From Macrostomum lignano (taxonomy: Eukaryota), in assembly GCA_002269645.1 (NCBI GenBank), contig NIVC01001811.1, positions 124,001 through 188,000 on the forward strand: a stretch of DNA of 64,000 nucleotides, in the 5' to 3' direction. Below are positions 45,398 to 59,024 of the stretch, one piece after another; the first letter of the stretch is position 1; each line of letters opens with the position of its first letter. The translations under genes were made by a program, and so were the position numbers. The notes under the pieces are model-generated. The model was not told the origin of the DNA, did not search any database, and worked only from the letters and a program-made list of their open reading frames with translations.

Positions 45398-48300
45398 GAG
45401 GAAGTGGATCACCAAGTGGACCTATCGGATGGTCCCAGCGACAATGGCGCCAGCAAAGACCAACGCTCCGACACAGTAGACCTGAACGGCACCGACCTGA
45501 GAGTGGACATTTCCGACGCATTAAGCGAAAAAGAGCGAGTGAAATTCACTGTGAGAACTGTCACTACTCTGGTGCCGAGATTTGCTCAGCCGGAGTTCTC
45601 CGTAGTTCGAACTCACGAAGAATTCGTCTGGCTAGCCGACCGACTGGCTGAGAATGTCGACTATGCTGGGATAATTATCCCACCGGTGCCGCCTACTCCG
45701 GATTTTTCCACTTCCCGCGAGAAACTGGCTCGGTTGGGTGATGGCGAGGGCACAATGACTAGGGAGGAGTACGACAAGATGAAGTCGGAGCTTGAAGCGT
45801 GAGTTGAATGCAGTGTACTGAGCTTCTTGTATTTAGAATCTTAGACGCTAGTTTTTAGCGCTCCTGCGGTTGAATATCGCGTTTTCGTGTTTTTCGGCGT
45901 CTTTGGCGTTATTTGGCGCCAATATTGGTGTCATTTAGCGCGTTATTGGTGTGATTTGGCGTTATTATTGGTGTAATTTAGCGCCATAATTGGTGTCATT
46001 TAGCTCCACTATTGGCATAATTTAGCGCCATAATTGGTTTAATTTGGCGCCACTATTGGTGCCATTTAGCGCCACTATTTGTGTCATTTAGCGCCATTAT
46101 TGGTGTTATTTATTTAGCGCCATTATTGGTGTTATTTAGCGCCATTATTGGTGTTATTTATTTAGCGCCATTATTGGTGTTATTTATTTAGCGCCAGTAT
46201 TGGTGTTATTTATTTAGCGCCAGTATTGGTGTTATTTATTTAGCGCCAGTATTGGTGTTATTTATTTAGTGCCAGTATTGGTGTTATTTATTTAGCGCCA
46301 GTATTGGTGTCATTTATTTAGCGCCAGTATTGGTGTTATTTATTTAGCGCCAGTATTGGTGTTATTTATTTAGCGCCAGTATTGGTGTTATTTATTTAGC
46401 GCCAGTATTGGTGTTATTTATTTAGCGCCAGTATTGGTGTTATTTATTTAGCGCCAGTATTGGTGTTATTTATTTAGCGCCACTATTGGTGTCATTTATC
46501 TCCACTATTGGTGTCATTTAGCGCCATTATTGGTGTCATTTAGCGCCATTATTGGTGTTATTTTGCGCCACTATTGGTGTCATTTTGCGCCAATATTGGT
46601 GTCATTTAGCGCCACTATTGGTGTAATTTATTTAGCGCCATTATTGGTGTTACTTATTTAGCGCCACTATTGGTGTTATTTATTTAGCGCCACTATTGGT
46701 GTTATTTATTTAGCGCCACTATTGGTGTCATTTAGCGCCATCATTGGTGTTATTTATTTAGCGCCACTATTGGTGTTATTTATTTAGCGCCACTATTGGT
46801 GTCATTTAGCGCCAATATTGGTGTTATTTATTTAGCGCCACTATTGGTGTCATTTTGCGCCACTATTGGTGTCATTTAGCGCCAATATTGGTGTCATTTT
46901 GCGCCAATATTGGTGTCATATAGCGCCATTATTGGTGTTATTTATTTAGCGCCACTATTGGTGTCATTTAGCGCCATTTTTGGTGTGATTTATCGCCATT
47001 ATTACTGTTATTAGACTCCAGCAATTTCATTTTGCGAATTTTTACCCCTAAAAGCGACTTTGCTTTTTTGCATTAACTTTATAATTATGCAAATTTATTT
47101 TAATCAAATTCAGGTAAAGTGAAAACGTTATATATCCAATTTCGTAAAGTTTTACGCAAACCTTCAAGTTACCTTATTAGCCTACAATCTGCAGTTTCGT
47201 ACGAAGGACTAAATGGATAGGGCCAGTCTGAAGTGTTTTTTAATTAAAATATTCCTATTAGTAAAGTTATTTACACAGCATATCGTCGTCAAGTTACTTC
47301 GACTAATATGATTAAAGTTAATACATGTAGTCAATTTATAATGAGTTATTTTAAGTATGGAAATTTGTTGATATAAAACTACTGTTAGTAGACTGTGCGA
47401 ATTTCAAAACCTTTAATTATTCTCTTTAATTTTTTAGAGAGTACTTGGCCACATTCAAAAAGACAGTTGCTATGCACGAAGTTTTCCTTCGTCGAATTGC
47501 CGAACATCCAAAGTTACGCGAGGATGAAATTTTTAAAGTGTTCCTTGAGTACAAGGAAGATGTGAGTTGACGCCAATATTCCAGCTATCGTCTAATTGCT
47601 ATATTTGACAAATATATCTTGATAATTACCCTTGGCCTTATCTAGCTTAGCCGTTGGAGCCCTTTAAGTTCCAACGTACACACCGCCTGACAGACCGACC
47701 CCAATGTACACACAGCCTCAGACACCAACCCCAATGTACACAAACAGCCTCAGACACCAACCCCAATGTACACAAACAGCCTCAGACACCAACCCCAATG
47801 TACACACAGCCTCAGACACCAACCCCAATATACACACAGCCTCAGCCACCAACCCCAATCTACACAAACAGCCTCAGACACCAACCCCAATGTACACACA
47901 GCCTCAGACACCAACCTCAATGTACACAGCCTCACAGACCAACCCCAATGTACACTCAGCCTCACAGACCAACCCCAATGTACACACAGCCTCAGACACC
48001 AACCCCAATGTACACTCAGCCTCAGACACCAACCCCAATGTACACTCAGCCTCACAGACCAACCCCAATGTACACTCAGCCTCACAGACCAACCCCAATG
48101 TACACTCAGCCTCACAGACCAACCGTAATGTACCCTCGCTAACCCATCGATCATCGGTTATCTTTCAGCTTAACGTCCGCGGCAAGAACAAGAAAGAAAA
48201 AGTTCAAGGCTTCCTCAAAAGCGGCTGGAAAACTGTCGATGACGTCATACTGTCAGCTCAAAAAGAGAAAGACGAATTTTTCGAGGGCCAGAAAAAGTTC

Positions 48301-50544
48301 ATCACGTCCTATTATAGTCACCTGAAAACCACTCTGGCCGATGCGGACAGAATGAACAGATTTCATAAAAGTGAGATGTCATTTTAATTTTGCCTAATTT
48401 AACTGATTAATGCGTGATACAAATAACATTTTGAGATGATTCTCTCTGACTTTGCAGACACGGCCGATGCTTATATTCGAGTTTCCAGCACAGTTCAGGA
48501 CTGCTCAAGAATGGAACGGGACAAATGTCTTGCTGAGTGAGTTTAAATCATGCTTGGGCGCAACCTTGGGATTCACCCGGCCGTTTCTATTGGCAACACA
48601 CATGTATGTCGCTATTGCACAGAATAGTAGTCACGTGACTGCTCTCAGCCAATAGCGACTTACATGTGTGTTGCCAATAGAAACGGCCGAGTGAATCCCA
48701 AGGTTGCGCACGTATGGTTTAAATGGGTACCCAAATGAATGCAGAATTTACCCAGATGGGTGTGCAGAATCTACCCAGATAGGTGTTCAGAATCTACTCA
48801 GATGGGTGAAGAATCTACCCAGATGAATGCAGTATCTACCCAGATGAATGCAGTATCTACCCAGATAAATGCAGAATCTACCCAGATAAATGCAGAATCT
48901 ACCCAGATGAATGCAGTATCTACCCAGATAAATGCAGAATCTACCCAGATGAATGCAGTATCTACCCAGATAAATGCAGAATCTACCCAGATAAATGCAG
49001 AATCTACACAGATAAATGCAGAATCTACCCAGATAAATGCAGAATCTACTCAGATGAATGCAGTATCTACTCAGATGAATGCAGTATCTACTCAGATAAA
49101 TGCAGAATCTACCCAGATGGGTGTTCAGAATCTACCCAGATAAATGCAGAATCTACCCAGATAAATGCAGAATCTACCCAGATAAATGCAGAATCTACCC
49201 AGATAAATGCATAATCTACCCAGATAAATGCAGAATCTACCCAGATGAATGCAGTATCTACCCAGATGAATGCAGTATCTACCCAGATAAATGCAGAATC
49301 TACCCAGATAAATGCAGAATCTACCCAGATGAATGCAGTATCTACCCAGATAAATGCAGAATCTACCCAGATGAATGCAGTATCTACCCAGATGAATGCA
49401 GAATCTACCCAGATAAATGCAGAATCTACCCAGATAAATGCATAATCTACCCAGATAAATGCAGAATCTACCCAGATGAATGCAGTATCTACTCAGATAA
49501 ATGCAGAATCTACCCAGATGGGTGTTCAGAATCTACCCAGATAAATTCAGTATCTACCCAGATAAATGCAGAATCTACCCAGATGAATGCAGTATCTACC
49601 CAGATAAATGCAGAATCTACCCAGATGGGTGTTCAGAATCTACCCAGATAAATGCAGAATCTACCCAGATAAATGCAGAATCTACCCAGATAAATGCAGA
49701 ATCTACCCAGATAAATGCAGAATCTACCCAGATAAATGCAGAATCTACCCAGATAAATGCAGAATCTACCCAGATGAATGCAGAATCTACCCAGATAAAT
49801 GCAGAATCTACCCAGATAAATGCAGAATCTACCCAGATAAATGCAGAATCTACCCAGATAAATGCAGAATCTACCCAGATAAATGCAGAATCTACCCAGA
49901 TAAATGCAGAATCTACCCAGATAAATGCAGAATCTACCCAGATAAATGCAGAATCTACCCAGATAAATGCAGAATCTACCCAGATAAATGCAGAATCTAC
50001 CCAGATGAATGCAGAATCTGCCCAGATGAATGCAGAATCTGCCCAGATGAATGCAGAATCTGCCTTGATTAATCGCCAGCCTATTTAACTTTAAATACTG
50101 GAGCGACACTTCCTATCTTCTTCCTTCCAGTTTTCTATTTCACTACGGCGAATTCTGCGAGAAGTACCGCAAACTGGAGGGCCGACAGGCCTCCGACAGC
50201 GACCTGAAGCTGGCGGACACTCTGCACTATTACGTGTCGGACTGCACCAGCGCCAAGGACCTCATGTACCGTCGTTCTCGCGCCCTAGCCGACTACGAGA
50301 CCGCTAACAAGGAGCTGGAGAAGGCTCGAACCAAGAATAAAGCAGTGAAGAAGGCCGAGGATGACCAGGAGGCCGCCTACGCCAGGTTCACCGCCATCTC
50401 CGAGTCCGGCCGGGCCGAGCTCACCGAGTTTAAGAAGCGCTGGGTGGCTTATTTTCATCGGAGCCTAGTTGAGCACACCGAGCTGCAGATTAAACACGCC
50501 AAGGTGAGTATGCTGTCTGTCTGTCTGTATGTATGTCTGTCTGC

Positions 50545-50607
<63 letters not shown>

Positions 50608-50631
50608 GTGTCTCTGTCTGTCTGTCTGTCA

Positions 50632-50692
<61 letters not shown>

Positions 50693-50710
50693 CCTTAGTG
50701 TCTGTCTGTC

Positions 50711-50750
<40 letters not shown>

Positions 50751-50768
50751 CCTTAGTGTTTGTCTGTC

Positions 50769-50808
<40 letters not shown>

Positions 50809-50814
50809 CCTTAG

Positions 50815-50868
<54 letters not shown>

Positions 50869-50874
50869 CCTTAG

Positions 50875-50928
<54 letters not shown>

Positions 50929-51111
50929 CCTTAGTGTCTGTCTGTCTTTGTCTGTCTGTGATTTCGTGTATCCTTTTACATTTTTGTGTTCAGTTGTCTT
51001 ATAACTTGAATGTTCTTACTTTATCGTTTGTGCTCTCCGCAATTGGCACACAAATTTCAGAACCAAGCCCAACTGCTTCGCCAAAGCATTGAGCAGCTCA
51101 AGCGTCTCTGA
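45398..51111 (+). CDS. SNX6: Sorting nexin 5/6/32 family (PX-BAR)
   Basis: Exons 45398-45798, 47438-47561, 48169-48370, 48458-48536, 50131-50503 and 51061-51111, all phase-compatible. Motifs [83 protein letters not shown]. The initiating exon was not located. Confidence 0.92.
45900..47010. repeat. Intronic 22/26-bp minisatellite (SNX6 intron)
   Basis: tttagcgcca(c/t/g)tattggtgt(t/c)att(tatt), more than 40 copies. Confidence 0.92.
47690..48125. repeat. Intronic ~30-bp AC-rich minisatellite
   Basis: acacacagcctcagacaccaaccccaatgt units. Confidence 0.9.
48558..48709. mobile_element. MITE-like 152-bp hairpin
   Basis: About 60-bp near-perfect inverted arms gcgcaaccttgggattcac..gtcgctattg / caatagcgac..gtgaatcccaaggttgcgc. 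Confidence 0.7.
48735..50065. repeat. Intronic 21-bp minisatellite
   Basis: aatgcagaatctacccagat(a/g), about 60 copies. Confidence 0.95.
50512..50960. repeat. (TCTG)n microsatellite in the last SNX6 intron
   Basis: A tctg array with periodic tttgtctgccttagtg interruptions. Confidence 0.95.
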
Positions 51112-52049
51112 GCTGAGTCGGTAGTGTGTTTTCACTTATAACTATTGGCACTTTTAAATTTATAAAATAATAAATTTGTTAATAAAACTGAACTCCACGA
51201 AATAGGAATAATCAAAAAGCGATTCAACATTCTATGATTAGACTTCACTCTGTCATGTATTTCTGTCAAGTAGCGTATACCTATATTGAATTTATTATTG
51301 ATTGTAGTCAGTTCGATGATAAATATGCTATTTCTTGATATTAATTTTTTTCTTCATTATTATGATTTCTAAACGAATCTGTGTCTCTTCATCTTGCCTT
51401 GTTGGCCAACTATTTTATTCGATCATAAATGTCTACAATCTATATTTGTGACCTCTATATCTCACCTATTCATTCTGTGCAGTTCTTTCTATTTTGTATT
51501 TTATTGCTAACCGCTTTTCAATCTTGCTCGCGATTTCAATAAATATAACATTCATTCTATTGTTTAGCTACATCAGCATAACTATGCAGGCAATGTGCAA
51601 TATTTACTGGATGCGTTCACGATGCAGCCATTGTGGGCTGTGAATTATTGCTCTGCTGTTAATTATAATGATACCTTATACTTGATTTCGTGCTTTTTCA
51701 GTTCTGTCACAGATCGGTTTCACGTTTAAGAGCCATTAGATTTGTATTATTGTCTTTAGTCAAGCGTTGTCCTTACCGCGTTGTCACGGCGTTATTTGTT
51801 TTGCTTACAAAAGAAGTAAATTCAGTTCTCACTTTGGCAGTATGCTGTTTAATTTCAAGCATAATCAATTTTATACCTAATTCTCGATTCGTCACCTATA
51901 CACATTTTGAAGAACCCTTGCTGATTGTTTTATTAACATTTTTCTAATATTTTCTACTAGTTGCTACTTATTTAGCAATAAGTAGTGCTATGTGCTTATG
52001 CGTTACTTTTTTCTATATTATAATGATTCTTTTTTGCGTGAATGTCATA

Positions 52050-52480
52050 CAACTGGAGCTGCAACCGTCTCCCATCCAGGGTAATAAAAGTGGAGCTGCA
52101 ACCCTCTCCCATCCAGGGTAATAAAACTGGAGCTGCAACCCTCTCCCATCCAGGGTAATAAAACTGGAGCTGCAACCCTCTCCCATCCAGGGTAATAAAA
52201 CTGGAGTTGCAATTCCTCCCTCCCATCCAGGGTAATAAAACTGGAGCTACAGCCCCCTCTCATCCAGGGTAATAAAACTGGAGCTGCAACCCCCTCCTAT
52301 TCAGGGTAATAAAACTGGAGCTGCAACCCCCTATTCAGGGTAATTAAACTAGAGCTGCAGCGTCCTCCTATCCAGGGTAATAAAACTGGAGCTGCAACCC
52401 CCTCCCTCCCATCCAGGGTGATAAAATTGGAGCTGCAGCCACCCTCCCATCCAAGGCAATATAACTGTAGCTGCAGCCTT
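52050..52480. repeat. ~38-bp minisatellite
   Basis: taataaaactggagctgcaaccctctcccatccaggg units. Confidence 0.9.
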
Positions 52481-53149
52481 CGGAATGAAACGAACTTGAT
52501 ATACTTATGTGATCCCAGTCAGCTTAGTAGGCGTTGGATCCCGTCCTAGTACATCGTGCTATTAAGTAAAGTTCTATAAGATTCGTCAGTTCATATAAGG
52601 CCAACAAATCGACTGTGCAATCCACAGTCTCCGTGATTATAGATGCCTGGTTTATGTTAATAATGATTGTCAGTTTATTGTATTATAACCGTATTTAGAA
52701 CTGTGTTGCAGAGTAAATTGCTTTGTACAAGATGTTCGATTTTTGCCGTTCATGGTGGATATTTATTTGAATCACTCTAATTTTTTCCAATAACTTTTCT
52801 AACTTAGTAAGCTTAGTAATATTTCATAAATCAGTTCCTTAATTGACTCCTATAGTCAAGCTATCAATAGCTATCAAGAGTGATATTGTCTGCAATTATT
52901 TGTCCTATTTTGTATTTGATTGCTTTCTTAAATTAAATATTGTTGCAAAATTTTTGGTCATAAAAATTATACACTATATCAAAGCTTTTTAAGTTACAAA
53001 TTATAAAATAATTTCGAAGATTGTATCACAAAATTGCAGATCCGTTCTTTCGATTTTGTTTTTTTCACTGGTTCAACGCCAACTGAATTAGAAACTAAAA
53101 TCCCCACATCCTACAGCTGTTTCCCATCTCGCACCACTATTTCGCCACC

Positions 53150-53790
53150 AATCACTCCCCATCTCTCATCTATTTCCCCATCCCTCACTCACATTTCCCC
53201 ATCCATCACCCCATTTCCCCATCCCTCACTCACATTTCCCCATCCATCACCCATTTCCCCATCCATCACTCACATTTCCCCATCCATCACCCATTTCCCC
53301 ATCCCTCACTCACATTTCCCCATCCATCACCCCATTTCCCCATCCCTCACTCACATTTCCCCATCCATCACCCCATTTCCCCATCCCTCACTCACATTTC
53401 CCCATCCCTCACTCACATTTCCCCATCCATCACCCCATTTCCCCATCCCTCACTCACATTTCCCCATCCCTCACTCACATTTCCCCATCCCTCACTCATT
53501 TCCCCATCCCTCACTCATTTCCCCATCCCTCACTCACATTACCCCATCCATCACTCACATTTCCCCATCCATCACCCCATTTCCCCATCCCTCACTCACA
53601 TTTCCCCATCCATCACCCCATTTCCCCATCCCTCACTCACATTTCCCCATCCCTCACTCATTTCCCCATCCCTCACTCACATTTCCCCATCCCTCACTCC
53701 CATTTCCCCATCCCTCACTCACATTTCCCCATCCCTCATTCACATTTCCCCATCCCTCACTCACATTTCCCCATCCCTCCCCATCTGTTT
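53150..53790. repeat. 20/21-bp C-rich minisatellite upstream of MCMBP
   Basis: ccccatccctcactcacattt and ccccatccatcaccccattt units. Confidence 0.92.
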
Positions 53791-53919
53791 CGCGTTGCGT
53801 TAATCCGCACAGCACCACTGTAGCGACTTGATATCTGATTTGTTTTTTTTTCAGTTGCAGTCCTCATTTTTTCTATAATTTATCCAGCTCGAAAACTGAA
53901 GAGCCAGCCCAGCATCGTC

Positions 53920-54359
53920 ATGAACCAGGCCATGATTAGTCAACCGCTGCAGCATTTGGATGAAATTTGCGCTGCAGAATTCTCATCAAGTACTGCTGCT
54001 AAGCCCTGTGATGTAGCCCAGTGCTTTCTTGACCGTCTGTGCAGCCAGGATGAGCAGCTGCTGTTTGGCACCGACGCGAGCCCGGTGAAGAACCCGGCCG
54101 GCGCCAGCGGCTCTGCCCCGTCTGCTGGTGCCCGGCTGCCGTGTCTGAACGAGCTGCCACCTGCGGCGGGGGTCCGGTCAGAGACTCTGGTCAAGTTCCG
54201 CGGAATGGTCCAGGTGCTGAGCTGAAGCTTGTCTGTCTGTGTGTGTCTGTCTGTCTGTCTGTCTGTCTGTCTGACTTTCTGTCTGTCTGTCTGTCTGTCT
54301 GTCTGACTGTCTGTCTGTCTGTCTGTCTGTCTGACTGTCTGTCTGTCTGTCTGTCTGAC

Positions 54360-54416
<57 letters not shown>

Positions 54417-54419
54417 GAC

Positions 54420-54484
<65 letters not shown>

Positions 54485-54485
54485 T

Positions 54486-54556
<71 letters not shown>

Positions 54557-54583
54557 GCCTGTCTGTCTGTCTGTCTGTCTGAC

Positions 54584-54616
<33 letters not shown>

Positions 54617-54686
54617 GCCTGTCTGTCTGCCTGTCTGTCTGTCTGTCTGTCTGTCTGCCTGTCTGTCTGTCTGTCTGTCTGTCTGC

Positions 54687-54721
<35 letters not shown>

Positions 54722-54722
54722 C

Positions 54723-54754
<32 letters not shown>

Positions 54755-57700
54755 GTGTCTGTCTGTCTGTCTGTCTGTGACTGTCTATCTATCTATCCAT
54801 CCATCTATCTATCTATCATCTATCTATCTAACCATCAATCAACGCACCCACCCGCAGGCCACCCTGGAGCCAGAGCTGTACCACAGATCAGCCGGTTTAT
54901 TCCGCGACCGCCCCCCAGCCAGCCAGGCGGAATGCCAGCTCACCGATGCCGAGGTGGCGGCCGCAGGAGGCTGGGCCAGCCTGCTTGGCGAACGCCAGCG
55001 CTGCCTCTGCGTCCCGGTGCCGCACGAGACCGGCTGGCTTCGCTCAGAGCTGGCGCAGCGCGATCGCCTTGAGGAGTCGGAGCTGGCCAGCCTGTGCGCC
55101 GGCCTCAGCGTGGCCGACAGCGAAGTCCCCGACGGCGCTGGCAAGCCGACGCAGGCTAAGAAGGCTCGACTGGCTGGCGACGGAGTGCACAGCTGGAATG
55201 GCGACTCTGTTGAACTGCTGGTCTATGCGGACGAGTGCGGCTTGAAAGTGCACGATCTGGTTGAAACGGTTGGTTACTGTTGGTATCTCCCAGTCTCCCG
55301 AATCTCCCATTTCCCCATCTCCCATTCTCCCCAATCTCCCATTCTCCCGAATCTCCCATTTCCCCATCTCCCATTCTCCCCAATCTCCCATTCTCCCTAA
55401 TCTCCTATTTTCACAATCTCCCATTCTCGCTTGTCTCATTCTCCCCAATTTCTCATTCTCCCGAATCTCCCATTCTCCTTAATCTCAGTCTTCCTAATCT
55501 CCAATTTTTCCGTATCTCCCTTTCTCCCCAATCTCCTATTTTCCCAATCTCCCATTCCCGCTTGTGTCATTCTCCCCAATTTCTCATTTTCCCTAATCTC
55601 CCATTCTCCCAAATCTCCCATTCTCCCAAATCTCCCATTCTCCCCAATCTCCCATTCTCCCTAATCTCCCATTCTCCCTAATCTCCCATTCTCCCTAATC
55701 TCCCATTCTCCCTAATCTCCTGTTCTCCTTAATCTCATCAGCCAGCTACACGCATTGTCAACCAGTTCTCACACGCAGACTTGCACCGCATCAGTAAGCG
55801 TCCTTCTCCCCCCCCCTCACCCGCAGATCGCCATCCTATCCGTAGGTCCTGTCCCATCTAGCGACGCCCCAGACGATGAGAACACCGAGCAGCAGCAGCA
55901 GGATCCCGACGCTCCGCCGCCGCCTTCGGTGTTTCGACTGCACTCTCTGTCCCATCGCCGTCTGGCCAACCAAGTCCTGGGCTCCTTCGTCCCAGCCGCC
56001 AGCGGCCTTCTAGAAGCGGAAGACAAGCAGCCAGAAGAAGAGCAACAAGACGATCCGAAATGGAGTTTCCTTCGCAACGCCCTGCTAGGCGTATTTACCG
56101 ATGCCCTACATGGGGACAGTCTGGCCGCTGAGTACCTGCTGCTGCACCTGATCTCGGCTGTCTACCTGCGCGGTCTGGACGATCCGACGCCGGACGACAA
56201 TTCCGCCGTCTCCGCCGGTTTAGTAGCTGTGGGCAAACTGTCGCTCAATTTGACCTGCTGTCGGGCCCAGTTAGTTCGGCATGTTGCCAGACTGCTGGAC
56301 CTGCTAGTGCCGCGGCTGTGCCGGCTGCCGCTGAGTCTGGGCTGTCTGAACTCCGGCCAGCTGACTCCGAAGCTGGACTGCGACACTTGCCGTTTGCGTC
56401 CGGGGCTGCTGCAGATGCCGGCGCATACGCAGCTGGTGCTGGACGAGACCGCTCTGGAGGCCGGACGGTTGAGCGAGACTGGACTGGCCAATGTGCGAGC
56501 TCTCAGCCGGCTGGTTAGCCGCCAAGCTGTGGAATTCGACCTGCAGATGTATAGGAAGGATTTTGCCTCGGATCTGAGGGTTCTGGTGGTGTCCGAGGTG
56601 AGTTCCGGGATGTTTTGTGTATGGGATCAGATTGTTGTGTATGGGATCAGATTGTCTAAGTATGGGATCAGATTGTTGAGCATAGGATCAGATTGTAAGT
56701 ATGGGATCAGATTGTCAAGCATGGGATCATATTGTTAAGGATGGGATCGGATTGTCAAGTATGGGATTAGATTGTCAAGTATGGGATCAGATTGTTAAGA
56801 TTGGGATCAGATTGTTGAGTATGGGGTCAGATTGTCAAGTATGGGATCAGATTGTTAAATATGGGATCAGATTGTTGAGTATGGGGTCAGATTGTCAAGT
56901 ATGGGATCAGATTGTTAAGATTGGGATCAGATTGTTGTGTATGGGATCAGATTGTTGAGCATGGGATCATATTGTCAAGCATGGGATCATATTGTTAAGG
57001 ATGGGATCAGATTGTCAAGTATGGGATCAGATTGTTAAGGATGGGATCAGATTGTCAAGTATGGGATTAGATTGTCAAGTATGGGATTAGATTGTCAAGT
57101 ATGGGATCAGATTGTTAAGGATGGAATCAGATTATTAAGGATGGAATCAGATTGTCAAGTATGGGATCAGATTGTCAAGTATGGGATCAGATTGTTAAGT
57201 ATGGGATCAGATTGTTAAGGATGGAATCAGATTGTTAAGGATGGGATCAGATTGTCAAGTATGGGATCAGATTGTTAAGGATGGGATCAGATTGTCAAGT
57301 ATGGGATCAGATTGTTAAGGATGGGATCAGATTGTTAAGGATGGGATCAGATTGTTAAGGATGGAATCAGATTGTTAAAGAATTTAGAAATTTATGTGTA
57401 AGTTAGGAAGAATCAAAGTGAGAATTCTGATGAGGATTCGGCTATTAATCTCCCATTCATTCCTAATCCCCACTCCCTGTCCACTTAATCCGCAGGGCAA
57501 ATCCGTTCTCCCCTGCGACGTTTTGCTGCCCCTGGAAGCCAAGAACTTCGTCTCGCAGGCCGCCGCGGAGAAGGACTTCAATCTTCTGCTAGAAAAAGTG
57601 ACCCTCGATGCGCCGTTTCTGCGCGAGGCTCGGCGCTACCTAGCCGGCGCCGGGCAGCTGGCGGCAGATTCTGGCACCTACGAGATCGGCGCCGAGCAGC

Positions 57701-57969
57701 AGGCCTGGATTGAGGCCGACTTTGTCAGGCGGAGGCAGGCGGCCAGATCAAAGGAGAATGCCGATAAAATTATTAATAATTCGGCTGGCGACGATGAGGC
57801 TGAGGGCGCCACTGCCGAGGACCTGGCGCTGCGGCTGGTGCTGTGCCGCCTGCTCACCATCTCTCTGGGTCGGCGCCGGCCTACGCGCGCCATTTGGGAC
57901 CGGGTGGCGCGCATGGAGGCTGAGAGAAAAAGGCGCATATTGATGGCCAGCAAGAATGCGCCCGCTTGA
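53920..57969 (+). CDS. MCMBP: Mini-chromosome maintenance complex-binding protein
   Basis: Exons 53920-54213, 54858-55268, 55827-56597 and 57496-57969, all phase 0. Motifs [88 protein letters not shown]. Confidence 0.9.
54229..54835. repeat. (TCTG)n followed by (TATC)n microsatellite in MCMBP intron 1
   Basis: Directly visible tetranucleotide arrays. Confidence 0.95.
55285..55735. repeat. 17-bp pyrimidine-rich minisatellite in MCMBP intron 2
   Basis: aatctcccattctccc(c/t) units. Confidence 0.9.
56620..57380. repeat. 20-bp minisatellite in MCMBP intron 3
   Basis: atgggatcagattgt(t/c)aag(t/g), about 38 copies. Confidence 0.95.
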
Positions 57970-58029
57970 TGCTGGGCTGCGCTGGGGCCTCGCCTGACAC
58001 TCTAATCTCATGATTGTTCGGTATTCTCT

Positions 58030-58490
58030 TAGCCTGTCTTATCTCTAATCTCTCCCTGTCTCATCTTTTATAATCTCCCTGTCTCATCTCTAATCTCCCT
58101 GTCTCATATCTAATCCCCCTGTTTCATATCTAATCACACTGTCTCATATCTAATCACACTGTCTCATCTCTAATCTTTCTCCTATCTCATATCTAATCTC
58201 CACCTGTCTCATCTCTTATCTCCACCAATGCCATCTCTAATCCCCTTTGTCTAATCTCTAATCTTTCTCCTGTCTAATCTATAATCTCCCTGTCAAATAT
58301 AGTCTCCACCTTTTCATCTCTAATCTCCCTGTGTCATCTAATCTCCTTGTTTCATATCTGATCTCTCTGTCTCATATCTAATCTCCCTGTCTCATATCTA
58401 TTCTCCCTGTCAAATATAAATCTTCACATTTCTCATATCTAGTCTCACTGTCTCATCTATAATCTCCCGTCTGTCTCATCTCTTTTATCA
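58030..58490. repeat. Degenerate ~20-bp minisatellite downstream of MCMBP
   Basis: ctaatctccctgtctcatat-like units. Confidence 0.8.
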
Positions 58491-59024
58491 CTTATTTCCT
58501 TCGCATTATGCCTCCTACATTGCAAAGTAAAATGTCGCTCTTACTTTTATTAAATTAAATAGCCGAATGCTTTTATTGCCCTGTCACAAATTATCGCTGT
58601 TCACACGATTGCTGTGTTCTTAATATTTTTTGGAAAAGCCAAAAACAAAGCGACTGCATACTGATCATTTCTATTTTAGTCCCAAATTCATAAGGTTTAC
58701 TGCATTAATCAGCGTTTTCGGTTATACTAAACTTTTATTATTATTTTTTGCATTTTTCTTTTTTAGTTTGCTTTTGACCGGTACTACTTCATCAATTGGG
58801 TTTTGCAAATATTAGACTCTCGCAAAATATAAATAATGCCACGTAGCTTTGAAGTGTCTTGGCATACACATTTTTAAGAAGGTCTTTAAGTAATAAACTG
58901 GTTAAATTATTATTGTCGGTTTTTTAAACCTTGACTGGATGCTTCAAAGAGCTCAACTGCCTTAATATAACTTCATTCTTATATGCCTTACTGTGTAGCT
59001 TTCAACTGAAATGTTGTTGGACCT

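Noticed and set aside
48735-50065. Regular repeat arrays as possible CRISPR
   Set aside because: Head-to-tail units with no unique spacers, a eukaryotic intronic context, and no cas genes.
47654-51004. Repetitive ORFs ([21 protein letters not shown]) inside SNX6
   Set aside because: They fall within GT-AG introns bounded by exons that splice in phase to give a coherent SNX6.
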